The notes: generated by a model not told the origin, from the sequence alone. A DNA stretch of 64,000 nt from Candidatus Magasanikiibacteriota bacterium (GCA_041666745.1 JBAYGI010000001.1:91095-155094); one strand, 5' to 3'; shown: positions 10,415 through 20,735, counted from the stretch's first letter. Program-made: numbers and translations.

Positions 10415-10579
10415 ATGGACAATCTCGAACGAATCGTCGGGTTGCTCTTGGTCGTCGTTTGCTCATGCGTGGTAGTTCTCTGCTGGCGTAAGTTGCGGAA
10501 GATGGCCGGGGAGACAAGCGCGAACGACCGCCTGTACGGAAAGCTCAAGTTACGCTTTCCAAAATCAAGGCGTTCTTGA
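10415..10579 (+). CDS. Small single-TM protein, 54 aa (not in ORF track)
   Basis: GGAGG then ATG; MDNLERIVGLLLVVVCSCVVVLCWRKLRKM...SRRS*; hydrophobic stretch followed by basic residues. Confidence 0.55.
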   Translation: MDNLERIVGLLLVVVCSCVVVLCWRKLRKMAGETSANDRLYGKLKLRFPKSRRS

Positions 10580-11062
10580 CAAGAGGTGCTGTTTTGTGTT
10601 AACTTTTTATTACCTTCGTCCGTAGCTTCCGACGGATCCGTATGTACTTTAGGGGAAGTGCAACGGTAGATTGACTCGTTGTTTATCTTACAGAATTGTG
10701 TCATCGGCCGATGGCGCGAAATGTAGGGATACTTTCCAAACTCCGGCTTTAATAGGGTGGTATCCTGGCCAAGAAGGTCATGCACCTTGTCTGCAAAGGC
10801 AACTTGGAGGTGCTGTGGTTTACCTGCGAATGGTGAATCAAGGTCCGCGAGTCATCGTACGAAAACCTCTGGGGTTAGAAAACGCGTTACACGGAAGCAT
10901 TGGTCAGAAAAGGCGCGTTTGCCAACCAACTGAACGAAGAATCCTCGTGCATTAGTGCGAGAACCGCTCCTAGTTTAGGAGGGAGGCAGTTTCCAAGACC
11001 GCTCATCCCTCGCCATAATCGCAAAATATTTGTTGTTATGGCGAGAGCGGCCTTGTCCGATT

Positions 11063-11091
11063 AAAACACCTTGCATTTTGCGGGGTGTTTT
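11063..11091 (+). terminator. Intrinsic terminator
   Basis: AAAACACCTTGCA-TTT-TGCGGGGTGTTTT hairpin. Confidence 0.6.
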
Positions 11092-11306
11092 GTATTTAGG
11101 TCATTGCATGCGCATCTTGACTTTTTTCCCATTTTGTAGTATTGTAATCCATTAGTTCTTTTTACAAAGTTGCAAGTGGGGATATTTACCTTACATTATA
11201 TCAATTAGGGTTTTTGTCCCCCCTTACGACTTCAACAACACGTACAGCACTGACAGGGGCGCACCAGGTAGGTGTGAGTGTTGTTCACTAGTTCGGGAGG
11301 AAACCC

Positions 11307-11969
11307 ATGTTCGTAATTCGCAAAGGGAACCAACTGTTCAACGCTCTCGGACTGCTCTACGGTGAAATCGTCATCGAAAGGCAGAGCCCGGTGCTCGTCT
11401 ACACCCAGGCGCATGCGATCCGGTTTTTGCTGCAGGCCGTCAAAGAGCAGGTCATCACGAAAGACGAAGCTGACGAGATCGCGCGGCAGATCGGTGACGC
11501 CGGTATTGCGGCAGATCGGCCCAAGGTCTTCGAGATCGTAGCTTCGGCTACTCTGGAAGATGGCTTCGTGCCGTCGTTCCAGTTCGTGATCTGCAAGGAG
11601 TGCACGTTCCCGATTGCTCACGGTTACGTACAGCACGTGGACGCTGACAACAAGAGCATGAGCGGCCAGGTTCGCAATCTCATCGACGGTCTGCAACTCG
11701 CATTTGAGATGTACGCCGACGGGGTTCACGTCCTCGACTGCGTCAACGTTCTCAAGCAGATGATCGAGGCCGATCTGCCCATCGACGAGGAGGCGGCGAA
11801 GGGGCGGTTCAGTTCTCTACCGGCAGACCAGCTTGCAAGGCTCGACGAGGAGATGTCGGCCATGACAAGGAAGATCAATGTTCCTGGATTCGGCGACGTC
11901 ACTGTGATGAAGATTCTGTTGCCGTCCGACATGACCGAGCTGATCGCCCTGCTCGACCTGCTCCGCTAG
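11307..11969 (+). CDS. Hypothetical protein (GC-rich cassette)
   Basis: 220-aa ORF, GGAGG 6 nt before ATG, high GC at third codon positions. Confidence 0.7.
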   Translation: MFVIRKGNQLFNALGLLYGEIVIERQSPVLVYTQAHAIRFLLQAVKEQVITKDEADEIARQIGDAGIAADRPKVFEIVASATLEDGFVPSFQFVICKECTFPIAHGYVQHVDADNKSMSGQVRNLIDGLQLAFEMYADGVHVLDCVNVLKQMIEADLPIDEEAAKGRFSSLPADQLARLDEEMSAMTRKINVPGFGDVTVMKILLPSDMTELIALLDLLR

Positions 11970-12259
11970 CCGCCCGGCCCAACTCGCGTCTGGCCAACGC
12001 AACCTCCTGCACGGAGGAAAACATCACAAAAGGCACCGTCTTCTAGTAGAAGATGGTGAAGGGGAGACAGTCGATCGTCCGTGCGCGATCGACTACTTCC
12101 AATGAATATAATGACTTGTATTTATTGAAAGGGAACCGACTCAATTGGGTCGGTTTTTTATATTTTACCGTTTTTGTTTATCCACTTGCCAAAAATCGCA
12201 AAAAGGGGTAAAATTTGGCTGTTAATTCTATTTCTAAAATTATTAATTTTATCTAATTT

Positions 12260-14335
12260 ATGGCTAAGAATGCAAAACCGGTCGTCAGTTTATCACGATC
12301 TCAGATCAAATGGAGGGTATTGTGGATTGGAATTTTGTTAGTTGTTTGTCTTTTAATTGTAGCTCCAACTTATGCCAACAAGGGCGTTGATTGGGTTAAC
12401 AACAAAGCGAATTTAGGTTTGCCACGTTTGCCGGACAAAGGTTTTAATTTAGGTTTGGATTTGCAAGGTGGTGCGCATTTGGTTTATCAGGCAGATACAA
12501 AACAAGTTCCAGATGCCGATCGTGTGAACGCAGTTGAAGGTGTGCGTGATGTGATTGAACGTCGTGTGCGTGGTGGTTTGGGAGTTTCCGAACCATTGGT
12601 ACAAACTACCAAAGTTGGTGAGGATTTTCGTATCATCGTAGAATTGCCAGGCATAACAGATGTGAATCAAGCTATTAAAATGATTGGTGAAACTCCAGTA
12701 TTAGAATTCAAAGAAGAAAACAACGAACCGGCGCGTGAGTTGACAAAAGATGAACAAAAACAATTAGATACATTTAACAAAGAAGCCGAAAAAAATGCCA
12801 AGCTAGCTTTGAAAGAAGCAAATAGCGGTGCAGATTTTGCCAGTGTGGTTACCAAATATACTCAAGATGATAAAAGTAAAAACAATGGTGGTGACTTAGG
12901 TTTTATTACCAACAAAATTTATCCGGAAATTTTTGCTTGGGCCAGTAATCACAAAGATGGTGAAGTAAGTAAAGATATAGTAAAAAGTTTTGAAGGTTTA
13001 AATATCGTAAAAAGAATCGCTGAGCGTCAAGGTGAAAAACAAGTAGAGGCGGCTCATATTTTAATCTGCTACAAAGGAGCGGAACGTTGTGACAATCCTC
13101 TTTACACTCAAGAAGAAGCCAAAGCCAAAATTTTGGAATTAAAAAAACAAGCCAACATTAGTAATTTTGCAAATTTAGCCAAACAATTTTCCACTGAACC
13201 GAACGCCAAAATCAGTGGTGGTGATTTGGGGAAATTTGGTACCGGTCAAATGGTGCCTGAATTTGAAAAAGCAGTTTGGGATGCGCCGGTAGGAAGTATT
13301 TCTGATGTGATAGAAACTCAATTTGGTTATCATATTATTTATAAGAAAGGCGAAGATTTTGCCAAAGAATATCAGGTGGCGCGTGTGTTTATAAAAACAC
13401 AACAAAAAGGGGATATCGTTCCGCCGACCGAACAATGGAAAGCTACCGGATTGTCCGGTAAACAGTTGAAACGTGCGGAAGTAACTCAAGATTCTCGTTC
13501 CGGTCAGGTTCAAGTTAGTTTGAATTTTGATGAAAATGGCACAAAATTATTTGCAGATATCACTGGAAGAAATGTTGGTAAACCTGTCGCTATTTATTTG
13601 GATGGTCAACCAATCAGTATTCCAAAAGTAAACGAAGCGATTACCAGTGGTAGCGCGGTAATTTCCGGTGGATTTACTTTGGCTGAGGCCAAACAACTTT
13701 CTCAGAGATTAAATTCCGGAGCTTTGCCGGTACCGGTTGAATTGATCAGTCAACAAAAAGTAGATGCTACTTTGGGTGTTGATTCGTTGGCCAAAAGTTT
13801 TCATGCCGGTTTGATTGGTTTGCTTGGCGTGATGTTGTTTATGGTTATTTATTATCGTTTTCCTGGTTTGCTGTCGGTGTTCTCTTTGATAGTTTACGCC
13901 TTGCTCAGTATGGCCACCTTCAAATTATTGGGAGTGACTATGACATTATCCGGTATTGCCGGTTTCATATTGTCTATTGGTATGGCAGTGGATACGAATG
14001 TGTTGGTCTTTGAGCGTCTAAAAGAAGAATTACGTTCCGGTAAAAATTTACACTCGGCTTCGGAAGAATCATTCCGTCGCTCTTGGCCGTCTATTCGCGA
14101 TGGTCATATCGCCACTTTGGTGAGTTGTGTATTTTTGGTCTGGTTTGGTACCGGTTTCGTTCAAGGTTTTGCGGTGACTTTGGCCATTGGTGTGTTGTTC
14201 AGTTTGTTTACCGCCATTGTGGCCACGCGCGCCATGTCACGTTTGGTATTTAATTGGTTTGACGAAAAAGGCAACTTCTTGTTTTTGGGATATACCAAAT
14301 CCGACGAAACTTCTTCTGAAGTAATTAATAAATAA
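12260..14335 (+). CDS. secD: Protein translocase subunit SecD with two inserted parvulin-type PPIase domains
   Basis: LGLDLQGG, IERRV, L.SGALPVP, IGMAVDTNVLVFERLKEE; insert contains GGDLG twice, AAHILI, MVPEFE, ETQFGYHII. Confidence 0.95.
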   Translation: MAKNAKPVVSLSRSQIKWRVLWIGILLVVCLLIVAPTYANKGVDWVNNKANLGLPRLPDKGFNLGLDLQGGAHLVYQADTKQVPDADRVNAVEGVRDVIERRVRGGLGVSEPLVQTTKVGEDFRIIVELPGITDVNQAIKMIGETPVLEFKEENNEPARELTKDEQKQLDTFNKEAEKNAKLALKEANSGADFASVVTKYTQDDKSKNNGGDLGFITNKIYPEIFAWASNHKDGEVSKDIVKSFEGLNIVKRIAERQGEKQVEAAHILICYKGAERCDNPLYTQEEAKAKILELKKQANISNFANLAKQFSTEPNAKISGGDLGKFGTGQMVPEFEKAVWDAPVGSISDVIETQFGYHIIYKKGEDFAKEYQVARVFIKTQQKGDIVPPTEQWKATGLSGKQLKRAEVTQDSRSGQVQVSLNFDENGTKLFADITGRNVGKPVAIYLDGQPISIPKVNEAITSGSAVISGGFTLAEAKQLSQRLNSGALPVPVELISQQKVDATLGVDSLAKSFHAGLIGLLGVMLFMVIYYRFPGLLSVFSLIVYALLSMATFKLLGVTMTLSGIAGFILSIGMAVDTNVLVFERLKEELRSGKNLHSASEESFRRSWPSIRDGHIATLVSCVFLVWFGTGFVQGFAVTLAIGVLFSLFTAIVATRAMSRLVFNWFDEKGNFLFLGYTKSDETSSEVINK

Positions 14336-14340
14336 TTTGT

Positions 14341-15258
14341 ATGAATATTCCTTTTGTAAAGTATTCTAAATTTCTCTTGACAGTTAGTGCGGTGGTGACG
14401 ATTATCAGTTTAGCCTCATTATTTAATTGGGGATTAAAACCGGGTATAGATTTTACCGGTGGTTCATTGCTCGAAATTAGTTTTAGTAAAGTTCGCCCGG
14501 ATAATCAAACCATTGAAAATGCTTTTACTGAACTTGGTCACAAAAATATCGTGATTCAAAAAACCGGAGAAAAAGGGTTGATTGTTCGAACGGCTTTTTT
14601 ACCGGAAGATGAACATCAAAGTGTCTTAAAAGGTTTACGCACACAGTTTGAAAAAGACGGCAACACAGTACGTGAAGATCAATTTCAAACAATTGGCGCG
14701 GCCGTTAGCAAGCAATTGCGCACACGTTCGGTTTGGGCGGTGTTTTTGGTAGTCATTAGTATTATTGCTTTCGTGGCTTATGCTTTCCGTACAGTTTCTC
14801 AACCGGTAGCCAGTTGGAAATATGGTGTGACCGCGATTATTGCGGCCGCTCATGATGTGTTGTTGGTATCGGGTATTTTTGCTTTCTTGGGACATTACAA
14901 TAATATCGAAGTGGATATTGGTTTTGTGGTAGCATTGTTAACGGTGCTGGGCTATTCAGTGCAAGATACGATTGTGGTGTATGATCGTATTCGTGAAAAT
15001 TTGTTACGCCGACGCAATGTTAGTTTCAGAGAGATGGTGGATATCGGTTTGAATGAAACTTTGATGCGTTCTATAAATACTACTTTGATTACTTTGATTC
15101 CACTTTCCGCTTTGTATTTCTTGGGCGGTATTACAATCAAAAATTTCGCGTTGGCATTGCTCATCGGTATCGCTAGTGGTGCTTATTCTTCGATTTTTGT
15201 GGCCAGTCCATTGTTGGCTTATGTAGATAAATGGCAGAGAAATAAAACTACAAAATAA
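14341..15258 (+). CDS. secF: Protein translocase subunit SecF
   Basis: GIDFTGG, HDVL, GYSVQDTIVVYDRIRE, RSINT, GAYSSIFVASP. Confidence 0.97.
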   Translation: MNIPFVKYSKFLLTVSAVVTIISLASLFNWGLKPGIDFTGGSLLEISFSKVRPDNQTIENAFTELGHKNIVIQKTGEKGLIVRTAFLPEDEHQSVLKGLRTQFEKDGNTVREDQFQTIGAAVSKQLRTRSVWAVFLVVISIIAFVAYAFRTVSQPVASWKYGVTAIIAAAHDVLLVSGIFAFLGHYNNIEVDIGFVVALLTVLGYSVQDTIVVYDRIRENLLRRRNVSFREMVDIGLNETLMRSINTTLITLIPLSALYFLGGITIKNFALALLIGIASGAYSSIFVASPLLAYVDKWQRNKTTK

Positions 15259-15271
15259 TTTAAAAAAATTC

Positions 15272-15303
15272 AAAACTCCTCTGTTTAAATCGGGGAGTTT
15301 TTT
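15272..15303 (+). terminator. Intrinsic terminator after secDF
   Basis: AAAACTCCTC...GGGGAGTTTTTT hairpin with T run. Confidence 0.65.
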
Positions 15304-15367
15304 GTTTTTTGTGATTTTGTGCTATACTATCTAAATGAATTAAGAGTTAATTTAAGATATTTAAAAT

Positions 15368-15538
15368 ATGGCAGGTCATAGCGAAAGCGGTTTGCGTCAC
15401 TTGATTGCCTTTTTGGGTACATTGGTGGCAGGGTTTGCCTTTTGGGGCGGTTATATTTCCGGGGCGCAGGGTTGGTGGTGGACAGCCTTTGGTTTGGTGA
15501 TTATTTACGGTGGAATATATAAAATTATCGACACCTAA
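15368..15538 (+). CDS. Small membrane protein, 56 aa (not in ORF track)
   Basis: MAGHSESGLRHLIAFLGTLVAGFAFWGGYISGAQGWWWTAFGLVIIYGGIYKIIDT*; two hydrophobic segments; stops 3 nt before the next ATG. Confidence 0.7.
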   Translation: MAGHSESGLRHLIAFLGTLVAGFAFWGGYISGAQGWWWTAFGLVIIYGGIYKIIDT

Positions 15539-15541
15539 TCT

Positions 15542-16978
15542 ATGGATCCGTTTACTTTTTCGTCCACTTTTGGCTTTACGATCAATTGGGAATTTTGGTC
15601 ATGGGTTTTTTCTCAACCAACTGCCGATTTGATCAACTATTTATTCGCCATTATTGGCTGGGTGGTTTTAGCTTTAATTTCTGTGAGCTTAAGCTCGCAG
15701 TTGTTGGCGTTGTATCGGGGTAGAAAGGCGATGTCTAATTGGCAATGGGTGTTGTTGGCGGTGGATGTGCCACCATTATATATTCAAACCCCAAAAGCGG
15801 TAGAACAAATTTTTGCTCATTTGAGTGGGGCGAAGGTAGGCATTCGTTTGTCCGAAAAATATTGGATCGGCAAGCGACAGAAAAATTTTAGTTTTGAAAT
15901 TATTTCCATTGAGGGATATATTCAGTTTTTGGTTCGCACTGAATTGGCTTATCGGGATTTGGTGGAGGCGGCAGTGTATGCTCAATATCCGGAAGCCGAA
16001 ATTACCGAGGTGGAGGATTATGTAGATCTCATTCCCAAAACTTATCCCAACGAAACCCATCACATGTTTGGGGCGGAATTCAAATTGTCCGATGTCGACG
16101 CGTATCCGATTCGCACTTATACCAGTTTTGAATATAAAATTAGTAAAGATGAAGTGTTTAGTGATCCGATGGCGGCTATTTTGGAAAATTTTTCACGCAT
16201 TGGTCACGGTGAACATTTTTGGTTGCAGATTATTATTGAGCCGGTTGGCAATGATTGGAAAGCCAAAGGTATTGAATTGGTAAAAGATATTATTGCCCAA
16301 AAAGTTGGTAAAAAATCTCCTAGTTTTTTTGGAGAAATGATAGCGATGATCGGAAATATTCCGATGGCGCTTACCAAAGAATTGTTGAGAAATTTACAGA
16401 ATACGGAATATGAACCGGTCGAGGTAAAAAAAGAAACACCTCCCAAATTGACCGATGTTTCCCCTGGAGGAAAAAATACGATTGAAGCGATCGAAGATAA
16501 GATTGCCAAGCTAGGTTTCAAAACCAAAATGCGAGCTTTGTATATTGCCAGAGATGAAGTGTTTAATCCGGGGCGTTGTATGGATGGATTTGTCGGCGCG
16601 CTCAATCAGTTTCATATCCAAAGTCGCAATGCTATTGTTCCGCGTTTTATTACCAAAACACATTTTTTATTTTTTAATAAAGCTCGAGAAATCATGGTGC
16701 AAAATAAATTTTTCAGAGCTTTTGCCGGTAGAAAAATTAAGGTAGGTGGTACCCCATATATTTTAAATATTGAGGAGTTGGCGACGGTGTGGCATTTCCC
16801 ATTACCATTTGTAAAGACACCGCTCATCCAAAAGGCTGGTGCCAAACGTGGCGAGCCACCAATGAATTTACCGATAGAAGCCGACGCCGGGCCACTACGA
16901 GCCAAGGTGAGGGCTGTAGAGCCGTCTGGGCCACTAGTGGATGTACCCGACGAACCGGAAGAAGTATTATACGGATAA
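15542..16978 (+). CDS. Membrane-anchored hypothetical protein related to the N-terminal region of the VirD4-like protein at 27661-30222
   Basis: Shared motifs FEI....G.I.F, AQYP.AEI, YPIRTY/FPLKTY, DP..AIL, N.EELA..WH.P. Confidence 0.7.
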   Translation: MDPFTFSSTFGFTINWEFWSWVFSQPTADLINYLFAIIGWVVLALISVSLSSQLLALYRGRKAMSNWQWVLLAVDVPPLYIQTPKAVEQIFAHLSGAKVGIRLSEKYWIGKRQKNFSFEIISIEGYIQFLVRTELAYRDLVEAAVYAQYPEAEITEVEDYVDLIPKTYPNETHHMFGAEFKLSDVDAYPIRTYTSFEYKISKDEVFSDPMAAILENFSRIGHGEHFWLQIIIEPVGNDWKAKGIELVKDIIAQKVGKKSPSFFGEMIAMIGNIPMALTKELLRNLQNTEYEPVEVKKETPPKLTDVSPGGKNTIEAIEDKIAKLGFKTKMRALYIARDEVFNPGRCMDGFVGALNQFHIQSRNAIVPRFITKTHFLFFNKAREIMVQNKFFRAFAGRKIKVGGTPYILNIEELATVWHFPLPFVKTPLIQKAGAKRGEPPMNLPIEADAGPLRAKVRAVEPSGPLVDVPDEPEEVLYG

Positions 16979-16983
16979 ACGCA

Positions 16984-17010
16984 AAAACCTCCTTTATAGG
17001 GAGGTTTTTT
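16984..17010 (+). terminator. Intrinsic terminator
   Basis: AAAAACCTCCT-TTAT-AGGGAGGTTTTT. Confidence 0.7.
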
Positions 17011-17367
17011 GTTGGTGTTTTGGCTGTGGGTAGCCGAAAAAACCTGTATTCCTATTGACAAAACCTCGGTTTTGTGCTATACTTATCTATTGTTTAAATG
17101 ATTAACTTAAATTGGCGAATCGTCTTTACTTTTATAAAAAATTCTTTCAGTTAAGCTTCAAAATCTTTATGGGTTTTGTGTGGTTCGCTGAAGGGTGAGC
17201 TATTGTGTAGAGAGAGTGCCTAGACTGGTGCAATCTCGGACGTTTGTCCAACACAATGCTGAAATGGAAATGTGCGGAGACGACCTCGATCTTGGATCGT
17301 ATGGTTGGGCTCAAAGCAGTTGTCCAAATTGGCAACCTCTGTTCGTGTGAACGAACGGGAGAGGAAG

Positions 17368-17715
17368 ATGATAGAAGGTCTCGTAGATCGGGTTCTGGCG
17401 CGAAGCCAGAAAAGAATCGCTGACTTGAAGGAGCTACTTCACTTGCGCGACGATAACGCGAGGTTGAAGTCGAAGTTGGCGATGGTCGAGGGCAGACTGA
17501 GGGACATCGAAGTCTCTTGCTTGGACAACTATACGTTTCTCTTGGTGGCGATCATTGCTTCCAAGGGGGAAATAGAGAGCAAGATCCTGGGAGAGGCGAA
17601 TCAGAAGTTGAGGCACGTACTCGCGGATCTCAGCGTGGATCAAAACACAAAGAGTGCGTATATGCTTGATGCGCTCAACAGGCGTGGGCTCGTGCCGAAT
17701 ACGACCCCGAAATAG
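17368..17715 (+). CDS. Hypothetical coiled-coil protein (GC-rich cassette)
   Basis: GAGG upstream of ATG 17368; GC-rich coding pattern. Confidence 0.55.
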   Translation: MIEGLVDRVLARSQKRIADLKELLHLRDDNARLKSKLAMVEGRLRDIEVSCLDNYTFLLVAIIASKGEIESKILGEANQKLRHVLADLSVDQNTKSAYMLDALNRRGLVPNTTPK

Positions 17716-17966
17716 TTCACCAGTGTCGCAAGATTTTTGTGCGATATGGTGACGAAGATCAAGTTTTAAGCGGTGAAGGGGACGCCGCGTGAGTCGTAGT
17801 GTTAGTAATTCAACACTCCTCACAAAAGTCCCCAGTCCCCACAAGCCCCTATTTTTCAATGGAGACTTATGGGGATAGTAGTCAGGTCTGCCATTTTGGC
17901 GGACACTGGTTCACAATTGGCCAACGGGCCACGCGGAGGTTGTTAAATCAACCACTGGAGAACAGT

Positions 17967-18305
17967 ATGGACACGAGAGATTTGGTCATCATGGTTTCGA
18001 TGGCGTTTTCGTTGGTGTGCTTGATTCTCGCGATCATCCGCAAGGAGACCGCGCTGAAGAAGTACCCAATGTTCGAGGTCAGGGACATCGGGGCGAAGAA
18101 GGTCATAAATCCGATGATCGGCTATCGGATCATGGTCGCCAACACCATGTTCACGGTAGGGGTGATGATCACCCTCGGTGCGCGATACTTCGTCTGGCGG
18201 GACTACGATGCATGGATCACGTGGGGTGATCTGGCGTTCGTGGTTCTGGCGGGCGTCTTCTTCAGGCGCGCGCTGTGGAAGCTCGTCGAAGGAGTGATCG
18301 ACTAG
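17967..18305 (+). CDS. Hypothetical 3-TM membrane protein (GC-rich cassette)
   Basis: GGAG upstream of ATG 17967; three hydrophobic segments. Confidence 0.65.
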   Translation: MDTRDLVIMVSMAFSLVCLILAIIRKETALKKYPMFEVRDIGAKKVINPMIGYRIMVANTMFTVGVMITLGARYFVWRDYDAWITWGDLAFVVLAGVFFRRALWKLVEGVID

Positions 18306-18476
18306 TATCGACTAGCTCGGTCAACAGTCAACGGCGTCCCGGAAGTGGTATGACACCACTTCCGGCGCCAAATGTTCTGCGAATTATATTCGCACTGATG
18401 AGTCCTATGAATTTTTTAAGGACGAAAACATTAATTAAAAAAATATCCCAATTGGGATATTTTTTTGTTCAGTTTT

Positions 18477-18998
18477 TTATTTTATTGCTTCAGCACTTGT
18501 TTCGAATGTAAGTTTTTTGATCATCTCATATCCGCCAATCAACACACCGCTATAAAACAAATCTCCCAGTATTTCATTGCGCCAAAATGGTAGAGCCATA
18601 TAATAGCTTTGGAATAAACCGGATAAATTGTGAGCATACATTGTTCCAAAAGCCCAGACCGCTGTATTGGTAAGTAAGAAAAAAATAGCACTGCCGGCAA
18701 CCGCGCCCAAAGCAATATTTCCTAAACGTATTTTATTTTTTAGATATTGTCCCAATAAAACCGTTATGACAAATCCAACATAAACCGAAGCCATGATATA
18801 TGGGTTGTAAAAACCAATAAAGATATCGCTGATAAACATGATGATGACAGGCAAACAAAGGGCCTGTTTTTTGTTGAGATACAAACCGCCAAATAGGGCG
18901 ATGGCGCCGATAGCTGTGAAGTTGGCCGGATGTGGAATAAAACGGGTGGCGACAGCTAGAATAATGAGCAGATAGATGAGAATATTTTTATTTTTCAT
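18477..18998 (-). CDS. DUF6580-like (S-component-like) membrane transporter, probably for cobalamin
   Basis: RFIPHPANFTAIGAIALFGG, SD..IG.Y, FFLLTN.AVW, Y..ALPF.RN...GDL.Y; last gene of a B12-riboswitch operon. Confidence 0.75.
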   Translation of the reverse strand: MKNKNILIYLLIILAVATRFIPHPANFTAIGAIALFGGLYLNKKQALCLPVIIMFISDIFIGFYNPYIMASVYVGFVITVLLGQYLKNKIRLGNIALGAVAGSAIFFLLTNTAVWAFGTMYAHNLSGLFQSYYMALPFWRNEILGDLFYSGVLIGGYEMIKKLTFETSAEAIK

Positions 18999-19025
18999 AG
19001 ATGTTTTTTAATTACTTGAGTTATA

Positions 19026-20735
19026 TTATATCACATTGCGGAGAAGTCTCAACCCTAGATAGAGACCTACCACCAGCGCGCTCCCACCGGAAATCGCCAG
19101 GATTCTTTTGGCGGTTTTTTTGGTTGGAGTGTCTAGGGGGAGATTGTCGATGATTTGGTTTTTGTCTTTAACGGCCGGTTCTGATTTTGTGATATTTTCT
19201 TCCGGTAGTGATGGTGGAATTTTTTTAATTTGATATATATTTTTATTACTAGTGGCAATTATTTGAGTGGTAGTCGTTGGGGTGGTGGTAGAAATGATAA
19301 TAGTAATTTTCGGAGTGGTGGTGGGGATTATGATTGGAGTAGTAGTGGCTTCGATAGTAGTTGTTGTGATCAGAGTAGTGGTGGAAATTATAGTGCTAGT
19401 AACAATCAGAGTGGTTGTAGCTGTCGGTTTATAATCTGGACCACCGCCCGGTTTTTGATCATCATTAATAATAGTTTTCGGTTCTAAAATAATGGGCCAA
19501 GTTTTTTCGAGTAAGGCCGGTATTGCATGTTTGGTGGCGAACCAATCGACACCGTCACTGCTCCAAGCCGAATTGTAATGATCCACACCATCCAAATTGG
19601 TGAGAATATACCATGGATTTTTTCCGGCAATATTGAACCAATCGTTTTGTTTTTCATTCAAAGCGTTGATACCCATCGTGACCCAACTGGTAGTAAGTGC
19701 GTCAGAGGTGTTGTTGCACCAAGCGACATCGTAACACCAGCCACCATCGGAAAGTTGCGAACTTTTTAAATATTGTTTTGCTTTTATAAAAATATTTTCA
19801 TCAATATTTATGCCTTTGGATTGAGCATATTTTAGGGCATTGATAGATGCACCGGTGATGTCCGGACTGGGAGAACCCCAAGAAATAAACGCGCCACTGG
19901 TTTGGTTTTGATTGGAGATGATGCCGTTTAGAGTGGATTGAACAGTTGCAGAGTTTAAAGTTTCATCCAAACTTAACATGGCCAATAAACCGAAAATGTC
20001 GTCGTTTATTCCGTATTCACCAAAAGCGCCATCTACTATGCAAGTGTCGTTAATTTTATTTTTTAAATCGGTAATTTTAATATCTGTTTTGGCTACTCCC
20101 GATGCCAAGAGTGCCAAAATATGACGAGGATATCCGGCACACGTGTTGCTGTCAGTGGTAGAAGTGATTGTAAAATTGTAGATATAATCTTTGAGGTCGG
20201 TGGTGCCGTTTTTTATGGTGTCAGAATAAATTTCTTTACTACCAAAAGCCATGGCCGACCAGTCGGAAATGCCACTATCTGAAATCTTGCCATCGGTTTG
20301 TTGTTTGGACTTTAAAAAATTAATTAATTTATCTACGACGTCATTTATTTTTTCAACAGAAATTGGGACGTTGGTTTGGGTTTCCGATGCGCCACCGGTG
20401 TTGTTGGTGGTGGTCGTGGTAGTGTTTTGATTAGTAGAAGTGGCAGTTGTGGTGCTGGTGGTATCAGTTGTAGTTGTGGCTACAACAGTGTTTTGGTCGG
20501 TAGAGGTGGGGGTGGTGCTAGTACTGGTGATGTTGTCTGAAGTGGTAGTAGTTAATGTGTTGTCGTCAGTTGAGGTAGAAGTCGGGTCGGGTGAAATTGT
20601 TGAAGTCGTAATGGTTTGTTCAGGAGTGGTAGTAGTAGGGTCAGTTGTTTCAGCACAAACACTACCTGTAAACCCAAATAGCGCAATACCTATGGCCACG
20701 ATAATTATTTTGTTTTTAAAATTGAGCTTTGGCAT
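19026..20735 (-). CDS. Surface-anchored protein with an alpha/alpha-barrel (prenyltransferase/squalene-oxidase repeat, transcobalamin alpha-domain-like) region and Thr-rich linkers
   Basis: Signal peptide, poly-Thr tracts, LKSKQQTDG, NQNQTSGAF, D.TGA.I.AL, YLKSSQLSDGGW, C-terminal TM. Confidence 0.7.
   Translation of the reverse strand: MPKLNFKNKIIIVAIGIALFGFTGSVCAETTDPTTTTPEQTITTSTISPDPTSTSTDDNTLTTTTSDNITSTSTTPTSTDQNTVVATTTTDTTSTTTATSTNQNTTTTTTNNTGGASETQTNVPISVEKINDVVDKLINFLKSKQQTDGKISDSGISDWSAMAFGSKEIYSDTIKNGTTDLKDYIYNFTITSTTDSNTCAGYPRHILALLASGVAKTDIKITDLKNKINDTCIVDGAFGEYGINDDIFGLLAMLSLDETLNSATVQSTLNGIISNQNQTSGAFISWGSPSPDITGASINALKYAQSKGINIDENIFIKAKQYLKSSQLSDGGWCYDVAWCNNTSDALTTSWVTMGINALNEKQNDWFNIAGKNPWYILTNLDGVDHYNSAWSSDGVDWFATKHAIPALLEKTWPIILEPKTIINDDQKPGGGPDYKPTATTTLIVTSTIISTTTLITTTTIEATTTPIIIPTTTPKITIIISTTTPTTTTQIIATSNKNIYQIKKIPPSLPEENITKSEPAVKDKNQIIDNLPLDTPTKKTAKRILAISGGSALVVGLYLGLRLLRNVI

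Noticed and set aside
10600-11060. RNase P RNA or a self-splicing intron
   Set aside because: AGTGCAAC is present, but I could not find GAGGAAAGTCC, the 3' ACAGAA..CGGCTTA, or group I/II core motifs on either strand.
19230-20650. Thr-rich tracts as DNA tandem repeats or DGR variable regions
   Set aside because: Low complexity at the protein level with varied codons; no template/variable repeat pair and no reverse transcriptase.
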